This document shows, piece by piece, positions 50,601-63,834 of a stretch of 64,000 nucleotides of DNA; position 1 is the first letter of the stretch; each line of letters opens with the position of its first letter. Source of the DNA: Malacoraja senta. Lineage: Eukaryota. The translations under genes and the position numbers were made by a program. Where the stretch lies: NCBI GenBank assembly GCA_038087875.1, contig CM075997.1, positions 8,000,001-8,064,000 of the forward strand. The letters run 5' to 3'. The notes under the pieces are model-generated. The model worked only from the letters and a program-made list of their open reading frames with translations. It was not told the origin of the DNA and ran no database searches.

Positions 50601-52436
50601 ATAAAAACTGACTGCAAAAGTTTTTATAGATATGTAAAAAGAAAGAGATTAGTTAAAACAAATGTAGGTCCCTTGCAGTCAGAAACAGGTGAGTTGATCA
50701 TGGGAAACAAGGATATGGCGGACCAATTGAATAACTACTTTGGTTCCGTCTTCACTAAGGAAGACATAAATAATCTGCCGGAAATAGCAGGGGACCGTGG
50801 GTCAAAGGAGTTGGAGGAATTGAGTGAAATCCAGGTTAGTCGGGAAGTGGTTTTGGGTAAATTGAATGGATTAAAGGCCGATAAATCCCCAGGGCCAGAT
50901 AGGCTGCATCCCAGAGTACTTAAGGAAGTAGCTCCAGAAATAGTGGATGCATTAGTGATAATTTTTCAAAACTCTTTAGATTCTGGAGTAGTTCCTGAGG
51001 ATTGGCGGGTAGCAAATGTAACCCCACTTTTTAAGAAGGGAGGGAGATAGAAAACGGGGAATTACAGACCAGTTAGTCTAACATCGGTAGTGGGGAAACT
51101 GCTAGAGTCAGTTATTAAAGTGGTGAAATCATTGTACAAAGTCAGCATGGATTTACGAAAGGTAAATCATGTCTGACGAATCTTATAGAATTTTTCGAGG
51201 ATGTAACTAGTAGCGTGGATAGGGGAGAACCAGTGGATGTGGTGTATCTGGACTTCCAGAAGGCTTTCGACAAGGTCCCACATAAGAGATTAGCATACAA
51301 ACTTAAAGCACATGGCATTGGGGGTTCAGTATTGATGTGGATAGAGAACTGGCTGGCAAACAGGAAGCAAAGAGTAGGAGTAAACGGGTCCTTTTCACAA
51401 TGGCAGGCAGTGACTAGTGGGGTACCGCAAGGCTCAGTGCTGGGACCCCAGCTATTTACAATATATATTAATGACCTGGATGAGGGAATTGAAGGCAATA
51501 TCTCCAAGTTTGCGGATCACACTAAGCTGGGGGGCAGTGTTAGCTGTGAGAAGGATGCTAGGAGACTGCAAGGTGACTTGGATAGGCTGGGTGAGTGGGC
51601 AAATGTTTGGCAGATGCAGTATAATGTGGATAAATGTGAGGTTATCCATTTTGGTGGCAAAAACAGGAAAGCAGACTATTATCTAAATGGTGGCCGACTA
51701 GGAAAAGGGGAGATGCAGCGAGACCTGGGTGTCATGGTACACCAGTCATTGAAAGTAGGCATGCAGGTGCAGCAGGCAGTGAAGAAAGCGAATGGTATGT
51801 TAGCTTTCATAGCAAAAGGATTTGAGTATAGGAGCAGGGAGGTTCTACTGCAGTTGTACAGGGTCTTGGTGAGACCACACCTGGAGTATTGTGTACAGTT
51901 TTGGTCTCCAAATCTGAGGAAGGACATTATTGCCATAGAGGGAGTGCAGAGAAGGTTCACCAGACTGATTCCTGGGATGTCAGGACTGTCTTATGAAGAA
52001 AGACTGGATAGACTTGGTTTATACTCTCTAGAATTTAGGAGATTGAGAGGGGATCTTATAGAAACTTACAAAATTCTTAAGGGGTTGGACAGGCTAGATG
52101 CAGGAAGATTGCTCCCGATGTTGGGGAAGTCCAGGACAAGGGGTCACAGCTTAAGGATAAGGGGGAAATCCTTTAAAACCGAGATGAGAAGAACTTTTTT
52201 CACACAGAGAGTGGTGAATCTCTGGAACTCTCTGCCACAGAGGGTAGTCGAGGCCAGTTCATTGGCTATATTTAAGAGGGAGTTAGATGTGGCCCTTGTG
52301 GCTAAAGGGATCAGAGGGTATGGAGAGAAGGCAGGTACGGGATACTGAGTTGGATGATCAGCCATGATCATATTGAATGGCGGTGCAGGCTCGAAGGGCC
52401 GAATGGCCTACTCCTGCACCTAATTTCTATGTTTCT
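47647..52436 (+). mobile_element. Full-length CR1 LINE (5' UTR, zinc-finger + esterase ORF1, ORF2 with stops)
   Basis: ORF1 from 47964 (CDAC...CEKC); ORF2 to 52348 with stops at 50532 and 51048 and a short deletion near 51120; atg shared at both junctions. Confidence 0.95.
48414..48859 (+). mobile_element. Same-family CR1 3' fragment inserted in CR1 ORF1
   Basis: Near-identical to ~52004-52436; TSD tgaga at 48409-48413 and 48860-48864. Confidence 0.92.
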
Positions 52437-53973
52437 ATGAAGGGTTTGTTAGTCTATCGACAACGGCAAACAGGGTGCGGGAATTATTATTTTTGTTAAT
52501 AACCTCTGAGAAAAAGGACTGCCTTGCCCCTTTCAATTCCTGATTATAGATACGGAGGTTGTCTTTGTAGATGGCGTAGTGGACCTGTAGTTTGGTTTTT
52601 CGCCACCTACGTTCGGTCTGTCTACACTTTGTTCTTTGGGATCTCACTGCTGTGGCATTTCTCCATGGTGACTTTTTCCTTACAGATAAAACCTTGGTCT
52701 TTAGTGGTGCAATAGCATCCATAAGAGTCATAACATTGGAGCTAAAACCATCCACAAGGTCATCGACAGAGGCCGAGGGCAGAGTTGGTGATGGCGTATA
52801 GGCCTGAGTAAACAATGCGCCGGTGTTTTCATTGATACAGCGCCTTTCGATCACCTCTGGTTCCTTTCTGATAATGCTAGCAGAGATGGTCGTTTTAAAA
52901 AATACACAGTGGTGATCGGAAAGAGCAACATCAGTCACCATAACATCAGAAATGTCGAGATCCTTGGAGATAATCAGATCCAATATATGCCCCCCTATTG
53001 TGAGTTGGCTCTGTTACGTGCTGATTAAGTCCAAAGTTGTCCAAAATGTTCAGGAGCTCTTATGTACCTCCATCCTCTGCATTATCTATGTGAATATTAA
53101 AATCACCCACTAAGACAACACAATCGAAATCAATGCATACAATGGACAGTAATTTTGCAATCTCATCAAAGAACTGTGCATCATATTTTGGTGGCCTGTA
53201 AATAGTTAAAAGTATTGTTTGCTGTGGAGAACTCAGCTGAGCAGCGACATATTCGAAGGAGTTGAAATTTCCACAGGACATTTTCTTGCATTGTAAAGTC
53301 TCTTTATATAAAATGTCGACTCCACCTCCTTTTCTGTGTATTCTGGCTTCACTTATAAAAATAAAACCGGGAGGTGCTGATTCAATCAAAACTGTGTCAC
53401 TATTATTTACACTTAAACATGTTTATGTTAAAAAGATAAAATCAAGATTGTGCTTAATAATAAAATCATTGATTAAAAATGACTTGCCTACTAGTGATCT
53501 AATGTTCAATAGTGCCATACTTGTATTAAAAACATGATTTGCAACAGTTGGTACAGTTGGTAGAGGTGTGTAGTCCACCAACCGCAGATTGTCCACACAG
53601 ACTCCAGTGCCCCTGTTCCTCCTCTCTCGGGTACAGTGCAGCTGGAACGCCGGGCAAACTCAGTCAAGGACGGCCGGCTGACGCGACAGGTCTGGGAAGA
53701 GTGGATGTGAGGTGCCCCGGGGAGCCAGCCGGAGGAATGACAGCCCCGCACCGGGAGTAGCCGGCAGCCAGAGTGGAGGCGAAGGGTCTGGGTAAACCAA
53801 CCGGAGGCACGACGGCCTCGCAGCAGGACCAGGAAGCGCTAACAGCCATGGTGCAGGAGATGTGCATGCCGAGATCGAGCAGGAGTGAGAGCGGGCGAGC
53901 CTTCTCGTCCTCACCGAGACACCTGCCCGTTTTCCCCATTTTCCCCGTCTCCTGGTTCGCCTGCGCACCAGTC

Positions 53974-54080
53974 GAAACCCGCACGGTCATTGGGAGAACA
54001 TGCAAACACTGCACAGACAGCACTAGAGGTCAGGTTCGAACCTGGTCTCTGGCGCTGATATACAGCATCTCTACCTGCTG
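53974..54080 (-). mobile_element. HE1/V-SINE-like head fragment
   Basis: caggttcgaacctggtctctggcgctg...ctctacc is the reverse complement of the SINE head. Confidence 0.7.
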
Positions 54081-54534
54081 CCCTTTCTGATCCAGTGCTT
54101 CCTGATATCACCCCGAATGGTCTGGTACAAATTCTAAACATCATCTCTACTCGTGGAAATCTTCCAACCTCATCAACTCCTTCATCGATCTGAGCCGCTC
54201 AATCAGAACACAACTCGGTCTGATCTTAACAAACAAATCCAACTGTGGTTATGCTACAAGCATCAAAATTGATTCCAAGATCACCCTTGTGAATGTACCA
54301 CACCTCGTTCCCTGCATTGAATTCTTGCTGTCATTCCCATCAAACACAATTTGCACTTTACTATCAAAGTTATATCCACAGTTATATCCTTTAGACAGTT
54401 ATATCCTCAGCTTAGCAAGATGACTTCCCTTTAATGGGTGCTACAAACCTGCAGTTAACAGTCTGAGTCATGAGATTCAAGCGGAAAATAAGGGAACTGT
54501 GACTGAAGGGTACTTTCTGAACACATATACTCGC

Positions 54535-54630
54535 CTTTTTAATATTGTAAAGCCGGATGAGGACACCTCTCCCTCGATCATTCAGAATGGAAAGTTTTTC
54601 AGCAAACTTGTGCTGCAATATTCGAGACAT
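54535..54630 (-). CDS. NCKAP1L: Nck-associated protein 1-like (HEM1), coding exon 1
   Basis: Translates [32 protein letters not shown], matching the NCKAP1L N-terminus ([27 protein letters not shown]). 96 nt, phase 0, followed by AAG|GCGAGT (GC donor). Confidence 0.93.
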
Positions 54631-54699
54631 TGTTGCTCCAGAGCAGTCGTTTCAGCCACGGCGAGCAGACGCAGAGTCTCCAGAGACTGAAGTGTCTTA

Positions 54700-55030
54700 C
54701 AACATTCGCCGGCCCGTCTCCCTCTATCACTCATTGGCGGAGCAGATCGCTTTGCAGAAACGAGAAGTTGCTTGAAGCTTTTGACATGTAGGCTGCATCT
54801 CGAGCAGCTCTGCTCCCACAAGCCACTTCCTTCCTCTTGTCTCCGTCAAACACAGCTGTCACTGACCGCCATCTTAAGGCTCGGCGACACAGGTCTGAGC
54901 AAACTGGAAACACAGGCCTGGACAAAGAGGCAACGGGCTGGAGCAGTAGGCACAGGCCAGGCCTCAAAACCAGAGTCTAGGCAGTGAAGAGGAAGACCAG
55001 AGTGCGGACTGATGGGCAGATAAAGGCAGC
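54700..55030 (-). promoter_or_regulatory. Putative NCKAP1L proximal promoter with ETS/PU.1-type and GATA motifs
   Basis: Non-repetitive DNA just upstream of the ATG; minus-strand AAGAGGAAGGAAGTG at 54824-54838; GATA-type sites near 54724 and 55018. Motif match only. Confidence 0.5.
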
Positions 55031-55194
55031 TCACCTAATGGCACAAATGTAACTGGGGAAAGTTCAAGACCAAAACAATTGCAGCATTATTCAGCATCAA
55101 TAATGGAAAATGAGCTGGCAGGAGGTGATGATGGTTCACTAAGGTGATGCCTTCATGCCCATTGCCTCTTTACAATCTTTATAAGCTGGGCAGA

Positions 55195-56780
55195 ATGTAT
55201 GATGATGTTGCCAGGTTACAGGGAAAGGTTGAGCAGGCTGGTACTTTGTTCATTGGTGCCTGAGGCAGAGGGATGATATTATAGAGATGTATAAAATCAT
55301 GAGGCAATAGATAGGGTCGAGTCTTTTACCTAGATAGAGTATTTTTTACCTAGAGTAGAACCTTTTACCTAGAGTGGAAGAATCAAGAACCCGAGGGCAT
55401 TAAGGTGAGAACTTAGAACAGTTCATGTGCTGTGCTGATCTATGTTCTTAGTACAGCACAAGAACAGGCCCTTCAGTCCCCAATATCTGTGCCAAACATA
55501 ATGCTAAGGCCCATGTTTTATCTACCTTCAAATAATACATATCCCTTAATTCCCAACATATCCATAGGCCTATCCATAAGCCTCTTAAATGCAACTATCG
55601 TTTTTGTCTCAACCACCAACCCTGGCAACATTCCAGGAACTCCACACCCTCTGGGTAAAACAGTTGCCCTGCACATCTGCTTTAATCTTTACCTCTCTCA
55701 CAAAGCTATGCCCTCTAGTGTTTGAGCAGCGGAAGATTTAATAGGAATCCGATAGGCAACTTTTTCACAGAGGGAGGTGGGTATATGGAACGAGCTGCGG
55801 AAGGTACAATAACAATATTTCAAAGATATTTGGACAGGCACATGGATAGGATAGATTTAGAGGGATACGGGCAAAATGTGGACAAATGGGACTAGCTTAC
55901 AGTAGATGGGACCAGCAGGGCCAATGTGCCTGTTTCCGTTGTATGACCCCATACCTTACCCAAAAAAGGTTGTCATATTACAATCAGTCCCTTCATTAGA
56001 GAGTTGAGAGTGACTTCCGTGGTCATTGTTTTGGAGGATTTTAACAAGGCTAACCTCAGCTGAGAGCTTCCAAAATACAGACATCACGTTACCTGCCCCA
56101 CCAGAGAGGAGAGAACACTCGACTATTGTTACACTACAATTGAAAATGCATATCACTTTGCTGCCCGTGTGGCTCTGCGACACTCTGATCATTGTTTAGT
56201 TCAACTTATTCTGACCTACAGGCAGAAACTAAAATCTGCTAAACCTGTGGTCAGAATAATGAAAAAGTGGACAAGCGAGGGCAACGAAAACCTACAGTCC
56301 TGCTTTGACTGTACTGATTGGAATGTGTTACGTAGATACATAGATACATAGACAATAGGTGAAGGAGTAGGCCATTCAGCCCTTTGATCCAGCACTGTCA
56401 TTCAATGTGATCATGGCTGATCATCCACAATCAGCACCCCGTTCCTGCCTTCTCCCCATATCCCTTGATTCCGCTTGCCCTAAGAGATGTTTCCACTAGT
56501 GGGAGAGTCTAGGACTTGTCATAGCCTCAGAATTAAAGGACGTTATTTTAGGAAGGAGATGAGGAGAATTTTTGTTAGTCAGAGGGTGGTGAATTTGTGG
56601 AATTCTTTGCCACAGAAGGCTGTGGAATCCTTCCGTGGATATTTTTAAGGCAGAGATGGATTGATTCTTGATTAATACAGGTGTCAGAGGTTACGGGGTG
56701 AAGGCAGGAGAATGGGGTTAGGAGGAAGAGATAGCTCAGCCATGATTGAATGGTGGAGTAGTCTTGATGGGTCAAATAGT
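55195..56780. mobile_element. Mixed CR1 3' relics plus a Rex1/Babar endonuclease fragment (~55985-56330, +)
   Basis: GGF/DFNKANL-like region, [28 protein letters not shown]1 UTR pieces on both strands. Confidence 0.7.
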
Positions 56781-57299
56781 GAGTCTGCGTATCAGGAGCA
56801 CCCAGATTCCACGGACATGACGGAGGACAGCACCATACAAACTACAAGCATACTTCAGCTGCCTGCTGGCTGCTCTCACAAACTGGCCCTCGTCAGCCCA
56901 TCTCAGGGCCCACAGTACGTACTTGCGATTAAAAGCAAATACGTACAAAATGGTTAACAATATCTGAGAAAGTAGGTGAAGATTGTTTCATTCAATGCTA
57001 CATATCATCCTCCTCTCTTGCACAGAATTCAATCACGCTCATTTGGCCCACGTTGTTTGTATTGGTTCCTGCAGTAAAAAACAAATCTGTAACCTTGCCA
57101 GATCTCTGCACTCTTTCACTTGGCCTCTTCATCATCCCAGGACTGCAATGCTCCATAGTGCCACATCATTATGATGACATGGGGTGGGGAATGACACAGA
57201 GCTGATGGGGTGCAACGTCCCGGGGGTTAGTCTGGGGACGGGGCCAGCGGAGTTCAGGGGGCTGCGGACCCGTGAACGCAGCTGGAGGGCCCATAATGG

Positions 57300-60200
57300 G
57301 CATTGGCCTACTCAACCTCTTCCTATAGTTCAGACGCCTGGTAACATCCTCGTAAATCTTCTCTTTCCAGCTTGACAACATCGTTCGTATAACATGCTGC
57401 CCAGAACTGAACATAATACTCCAAATACGGCCTTATACAAATGTCTTATACAACTGCAAAATGACTTACCAACTTCAATACTCAATATATGCAGGAAGGA
57501 ACTGCACATATTTGTTTAAACCGAAGATAGACACAAAAAGCTGGACAGGCAGCATCTCAGCAGGACAGGCAGCATCTATTGTGAGAAGGAATGGGTGACG
57601 TTTTGCGTCAAGACCTCTCTTTAGAATAGTCAGGGGAGTCTAGCCTAACTAGTCGGAAGAAGGGACTTGACCCGAAACGTCTCAATACTCTGACTGATGA
57701 AGGCCAATGTGCCAAAAGCCTTTTTGACCACCCTATATACCTGCAACTCCACTTTCAATGAACCATGCACTTTCACTCCTAGATCCCTCTGCTCTACAAC
57801 ATTCCCCAGAGCCCTACCATTTACTTTGTAGGTCCTGCCCATGTTAAACTTCCCAAAATGCAACACCTTACATTTCTCTATATAAAATTCCATCAACCAT
57901 TCCTCAGCCCACCTGCCAATTGATCAAGATTCTGCTGCGATTGTTCATAACCATCTTGACTATCTGGAAAACCACCCACTTTTGTTTCATCTGCAAACTT
58001 GTGAATCTTGCCATGTATGTTCTCATCCAAATTTTTGATATAGATGACAAACAGTACTGAACCCTGAGGCACACCACTAGTCACAGGCCCCAAGTCTGAG
58101 GAGCAACCTTCCCCATCAGCCTCTGCTTTTATCCATGAAGTAAATTTTCTATCGATTCAGCTATCTCTCTTTGGACCCCATGCGATCTAACCATCCAGAG
58201 CAGCTTACCATGCGGAACCTTGTCGAATGCTTTGCTGGCCCATATATACAACATCTATAGCTTTTTGGTCTTTTTGGTCACATCTAAAAAAGTTTTAAAA
58301 GTTTGTTTTGGAGATTTCTTTGCTTTTCTATGTGGGGAGAGGGGTAGGGTAAGGGGGAAACCGTTTCCCAGTCACTTCCTGGCGAGGACGCGACTATTCC
58401 CCGAGCCGCATCCTCGCCCCCCTCCTCGCATCCTACCACCTGGATTGGAGCGGCCTTTCCTGCCGGGGACCCGGACCAGAGCTTCAGCAGCGGCGGCGCG
58501 GCGCTGGATACATCGCAGAGTGGGCGATTGCTTACCTGGATCACCGTTGAAGCTCCGGAGTGTTGGGCCGGCTGCTTCAACATCGGAGCTGTGGTTCGTA
58601 GAGCTTCCAGCATGGGCAGTGCTGACTTCAACATCGCAGAGTGCTGGGGCCCTTTGCCGAGGACCGCCAGCGTTGATTCTCCACCTAGCGGCCTGTGGAC
58701 CTCGGGAGCCGCGGACTCCGGTAGGAGGTGGCCGATTTGGATGTCCAAGCCGCTGAGGATGTCCTCCAGTCCCGACGTCGGATTTCCATCACCCCGGCGA
58801 GCGGGCCAGAACATCGGGCCGTCCTTAGCGGCGACAGCGGGGGGGGTTCGGGAGCCCCCCGACCATGGGAGGACAACAGAGGAGGATGACTAAATTTTGG
58901 AACCTTCGCTCACAGTGGGAAACTTTAATCCCTCTGTGTGGCGATGTCTGTGTTAAAGACTATCGTGTTCTGTAGTGTTAAAGACTATCGTATGGCTGTA
59001 TGGCGACCACACATTTCACTCTACCAATTGGTATATGTGACAAATAAATGTATCTAGTACCTTGTATCTTGTATCATCTTCAAAAAACTCAATCAGATTT
59101 GTGAAACACGACCTCCCACGTACAAAACCATGTTGACTATCCCTAATCAGCCCTTGTTCATCTAAATACCTATGTACTGTATATATCTTATCCCTCAGCA
59201 TACTCCCTATTTAACTTCCCAACTACAGATGTTAAGCTCACTAGCCCATAGTTCCCAGAATTTTCCTGCAGCCCCTATTGAGTAGAGGCACACCATTTGG
59301 ATCTCTCCTAAATTTAAAGGCGACTCGTAAATTTCAACCAGGGCTCACGCAACTACCCCTCACATTGTCCTTGGATATATCTGATCAGGCCCTGGACATT
59401 GGTCTACCCTCATACGCAATAATACCTTTAGCACCTCTTCGACCGTAACACTGATTGCTCTCAAGACATTTCCATTGACTTCCCCAAGTTCCTCCGTCCT
59501 TTGTCTCTCCTCGTTAAATATAGTGGAGAAAAACTAATTGAGGACCTTGCCCATCCCTTGTGGTTCCACACAGAATTGACCTTTGATTCCTGAGGGGTCC
59601 CACGCTCTCTCTAGTTACCCTTTTGCCCCTAATGTATTGGTAAAATCTCATGGGATTGTCCTTAATGCTATCTGCCAGAACTATCTACGGGCCCCTATTT
59701 GCCCCTCTAATTTCCTTTTTTACATTGCTCCTTAGTTCCCGAAATGCCTCCAGGGCTTCACTTGATCCCAGCAGCCTATATCTGTGCCATGCTTCCTCCT
59801 TATTCTTGTCCAATACCTCAATCTCCCCATCAGCCAAGTTTCCTTCCCTTTGCCTGTCTTGCCCTTCACTCTAACGGAGACGGGCATATCAGGAACTCCT
59901 TTCAGCACACTTTTCAAAACATCCCACTTGACTGATGTTCCTGTCACATCAAACAATCTGCTCCAATCAAAGAGTGAGACTTTCTCTCATACGCTGAAAG
60001 TTTGCCTTACCCCAATTTAGCATTTTAACAATGTTCCCAAAAGGCTCCTCCACGAACACTTCATTCAATTGGCCTTTCCAATTTCCCAAGAGTAGATCAT
60101 GTTGCCCTCTCACATGTGGGGACGTCTACATATTGCTGGAGAAAATTCTCCTGAACACCTTTGAGAAATTGCAGCACATCTAAATGTATCACGCTCTGAT

Positions 60201-60600
60201 TTTCCCAATCATTATTGGGAAAGTTAAAATCCCCTACTACAACAACCTTATTTCACCTGCAGCTGTCTACAATCTCCTGGCATATTTATTCTTCTAATTC
60301 CAGTTGACTATTTGGGGGTCTGTAGTACACCCCCAACTAGACGATCATCCCTTTCTTGTTCGTCTGCTCCACCCATATAGCCTCACTAGACAAACCATCC
60401 ATAATGTCACCTCTGGCCACTGCCGTGACATCCTCCTTAACCAATAAATCAACCCCTCATCCTATTTTACCCTCACCACTGTCTTTCCTGAATCACCAGT
60501 ACCCCGGAACATTGAGCTGTCAGTCTAGCCCCTCAATTAACCAGGTTTCAGTAATGGCTGCAACGTCCCAGTGAAACGTACCTATCCATGCCCTAAGGTC
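57300..60600 (-). mobile_element. Old CR1 ORF2 relic with nested insertions
   Basis: SGVPQGSV, KFADETKVGG, QHGFVRGRSCFTNLIEFFE; Penelope repeat pair at ~57488-57680. Confidence 0.85.
58286..59074 (+). mobile_element. GC-rich non-coding retroelement, copy C (5'-truncated)
   Basis: catct at both junctions (58281-58285, 59075-59079); tail atttcactctacc...ggtatatgtgacaaataaa then (ttgtatc)n. Confidence 0.75.
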
Positions 60601-61089
60601 ATCTTCCATTCCTACCAACATAACCTCTCACCTGCCTCTGTCCTGTATGTGATCCCACCCTCCTGCCAATCTAGTTTCTTTGATCTGCAATTTACAATCA
60701 ACTTGCCCATGCCCACCAAGGTCCCATCTATATTCATCTCATTTGGCCCATGTCACTGTGTAATTTACCTACACATGTACCGTCCAAATGTTTTGTTATA
60801 GTGCCGAGGTACAGTGAAACATTTTTGCTGTGTGCTAACCAGTCAGCGGAAAGACTATCCATGATTACAATCCACTGTGTATAGATACATGAAAAGGGGA
60901 TTAACGTGAATAACATTTATTGCAATATAAAACCAGTAGTCTGATCAAAGATAATCAAAGGGTCTCCAATAAGGTTCAGGGCCGCTCTCTAGTTGTTGCT
61001 AGGTGGTTAATTGCCTGATCAGCTGGGAAGAAACTGTCCATGAATCTGGAGGTGTGCATTTTCACATGTCTGTACCCCTTGCCTGTCTA

Positions 61090-63820
61090 ATGTATTTTTT
61101 AAATGTTCTAGTACCTGCTTCAACTACCTCCTCTGGCAGCTCATTCTATATACCCACCACCATCTGAGTGAAAATGTTGCGCCTCAGGTTCTTATTAAAT
61201 CTTTTCCCCCTCACTTTAAACCTATGTCCTCAGTTTTTTGATTCCACTTCCCTGGGTAAAAGACTGTGCATGCACCCTATCTATTCAATGGTTTTACACA
61301 CCTTTGTGAGATCACCCCTCTTCCTCCTGTGCTCCAAGGAATAGAGCCATAGCCTCACCAACCTTTCCCAATTGTTCTGAGCCTCGAGCCCTGGCAATAT
61401 CCTCATAAATCTTCTCTGCATTCTTTCCGGCCTAATGACATCCTATCTGTAGCCGTGTGATCAAAACTGTACACAAATGTGGTTTTAACTTCTATACTCT
61501 ATACTCTTCGATACTCAATAGCCTGACTGATGAAGGCCAATGTAGCAAATGCTTTCTTGATCTCTCTATCTATTTTTGACACCACTTTCATGGAACTATG
61601 TAACTGCACTACTTGATTCCCCTCCTCTACAACACTCCACAAGGGCCTGCCCTGGTTAGGCTCACAATGTCTGCACCAAACACAATGCCAAGATAAACTA
61701 AATGCCTCCACCCTCTATTGCCCTCCATTCCTGTATATCGACATACGTAAAAGGTTCTTAAACCCCATTATCGTATCTGCCTCCACGTGCTATTCCAGTC
61801 AGCCACTGCCCTGTGTGAAAAAGATGTCACTCACATTTCCTTTAACCTGCCCTAAACACCTTAAAATTATGCCCTGCATTCGTTGTCATTTCCACCCTGG
61901 GAAAAAGATTCTGACTATTTAACCTATCTATGTCTCTCATTATTTTATACTTCTATCAGGCCTCGCCTCAACCTCAATTTCTCCAAAGAAAACAATCCAA
62001 GGAATGAATTGCAAAGTTTGCAAGAAGGGCCTGATCATGAAACATCAGTTCTCCCTGGTATAGCGCCATATAGTGTGGAAACAAGACCTTTGGTCCAACT
62101 TTCCCACACCGACCTAAATGTCCCACCTGCCTGCATTTGGCTCATATCCCTCTAAATTTGTCCTGTCCATGTACCTGTCTAAACATTTCTTAAAGTTTGC
62201 AAAAGTGCCTGCCTCAACTAACTACTCTGGAGTTTGTTCCATACACCCGCCACTATCAGTTGAAAAAGTTACCCTACAGGTTCCTATTAAATCTTTTCCC
62301 CCTCAACTTAAACCTATTCTTGGTTTGCCTACTGTGAGCAAGAGACCCTGTGCATCTACTCCTCTCATGATTTTATACACCTCTATAAGATCATCCCTCT
62401 TCCTCCTGTACTCCAAGGAATAGAGTCCCAGTCAACTCAACCTCTCCCTTTTGCTCAGACCCTCTAGTCCTGGTAACATCCTTGTAAATCTTCTATGTAC
62501 CGATTTTAGCATGACAACATCTTTCCTAAAACATTGTGGCCAGAACTGAACATAATGCAGCTAAATGCAGCCTCACCAACGTCTTATAAAACTGCAACAT
62601 GACCTCCCAACTTCTATGCTCAATGCTCTGACTGATGAAGGCCAATGTGACAAAAGCCTTTTTGATCAACCTATCTACCTGTGACTCCACCTTGAAGGAA
62701 CCATGCACTTGCACTCCTAGATCCCTCTGCTCTACAACACTCCTCAGAGCCCTACCATTCACTGTGAAGGTCCAGCCCATGTTAGACTTCCCAAAATACA
62801 TCTCACATTTATCTGTATTAAATTCAATCAACCATTCCTCAGCTCACCTGGTCAATCGATCAAGATCCTGCCTCAATTTATCATAACCATCTTCACTACC
62901 AGCAAAACCACCCATTTTTGTATCATCTGCAAACTTGCTCTTATCCAAATCATTGATATAGATGACAAAGTAATGGGCCCATTACCGAACCCTGAGGCAC
63001 CCCACTACTCACAGACCTCGAGTCCGAGGAACAACCTTTCACCATCACCTTCTACTTCCTTCCATTAAGAAGACTTTCTATCCATTCAGCTTTCTCCCCT
63101 TGGATCTAACCATCCAGAGCAGCCTACCATGTGGAACCTTGTCAAATGCTTTACTGAAGTCCATGCTGAAGTACAACAACCTTATTTGACTTGCAGTTAT
63201 TTGCAATCTCCTGGCATATTAGTTCCTCTAATTACCGTTGACTATTTGTGGGTTTGTAGTAGAAACATAGAAAGAAACATAGAAAATAGGTGCAGAAGAG
63301 GCCATTCGGCCCTTCGAGCTAGCACCACCATTCATTGTGATTATGGCTGATCGTCCCCTATCAATAACCCGTGCCTGCTTTCTCCCCATATCCCTTGACT
63401 CCACTAGCCCCTAGAGCTCTATCTAACTCTCTCTTAAATCCATCCAGTGACCCGGCCTCCACTGCCCTCTGTGGCAGGGAATTCCATAAATTCACAACTC
63501 TCTGGGTGAAAAGGTTTTTTCTCACCTCAGTCTTAAATGAGGTGAGTACACCCCCAATAATGTAATCATTCCTTTCTTGTTCCTCAGCTCCACCCATATA
63601 GCCTCACTTGATGAACCGTCTGTAATGTCAGCTCTGACCACAGCTGTGCCATCCTCCTAAACCAATAATGTAACCCCCCTCCTCTTTTACCCTCACTCCT
63701 GTATTTCCTGAAGCACCAGTACCCCGGAACATTGAGCTGCCAGTCCTGCCGCTCTCTTAACCAAGTTTCAGTTGTGGCTACATCGTCCCATTCGCATGCA
63801 CCTATCCATGCCCTAAGCTC
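61090..63820 (-). mobile_element. Stacked CR1 relics
   Basis: FNTDKCEM...EQRDLGVQVHGS; young 3' end at ~63259-63545 (QRVVNLWNSLP). Confidence 0.8.
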
Positions 63821-63834
63821 ATGTTCTGCCTATG

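Larger units (their letters stand above)
45703..53972 (-). mobile_element. Near full-length L2-clade LINE split by a full-length CR1
   Basis: Basic N-terminus RRRTRRRGKWGKRAGV (~53900-53968); APE at 52435-53500 (YRPP, GDFN, SDH); RT at 45932-47557 (GVPQGSILGP, YADDTQLY); DRLTNPS|SVPPELL continuity across the insert; (ccttg)n tail. Confidence 0.93.

Noticed and set aside
54535..54630. Assignment to NCKAP1 rather than NCKAP1L
   Set aside because: QHK, GVLIR and TCSDPK residues and PU.1-type promoter motifs fit NCKAP1L better; a phylogeny would confirm.
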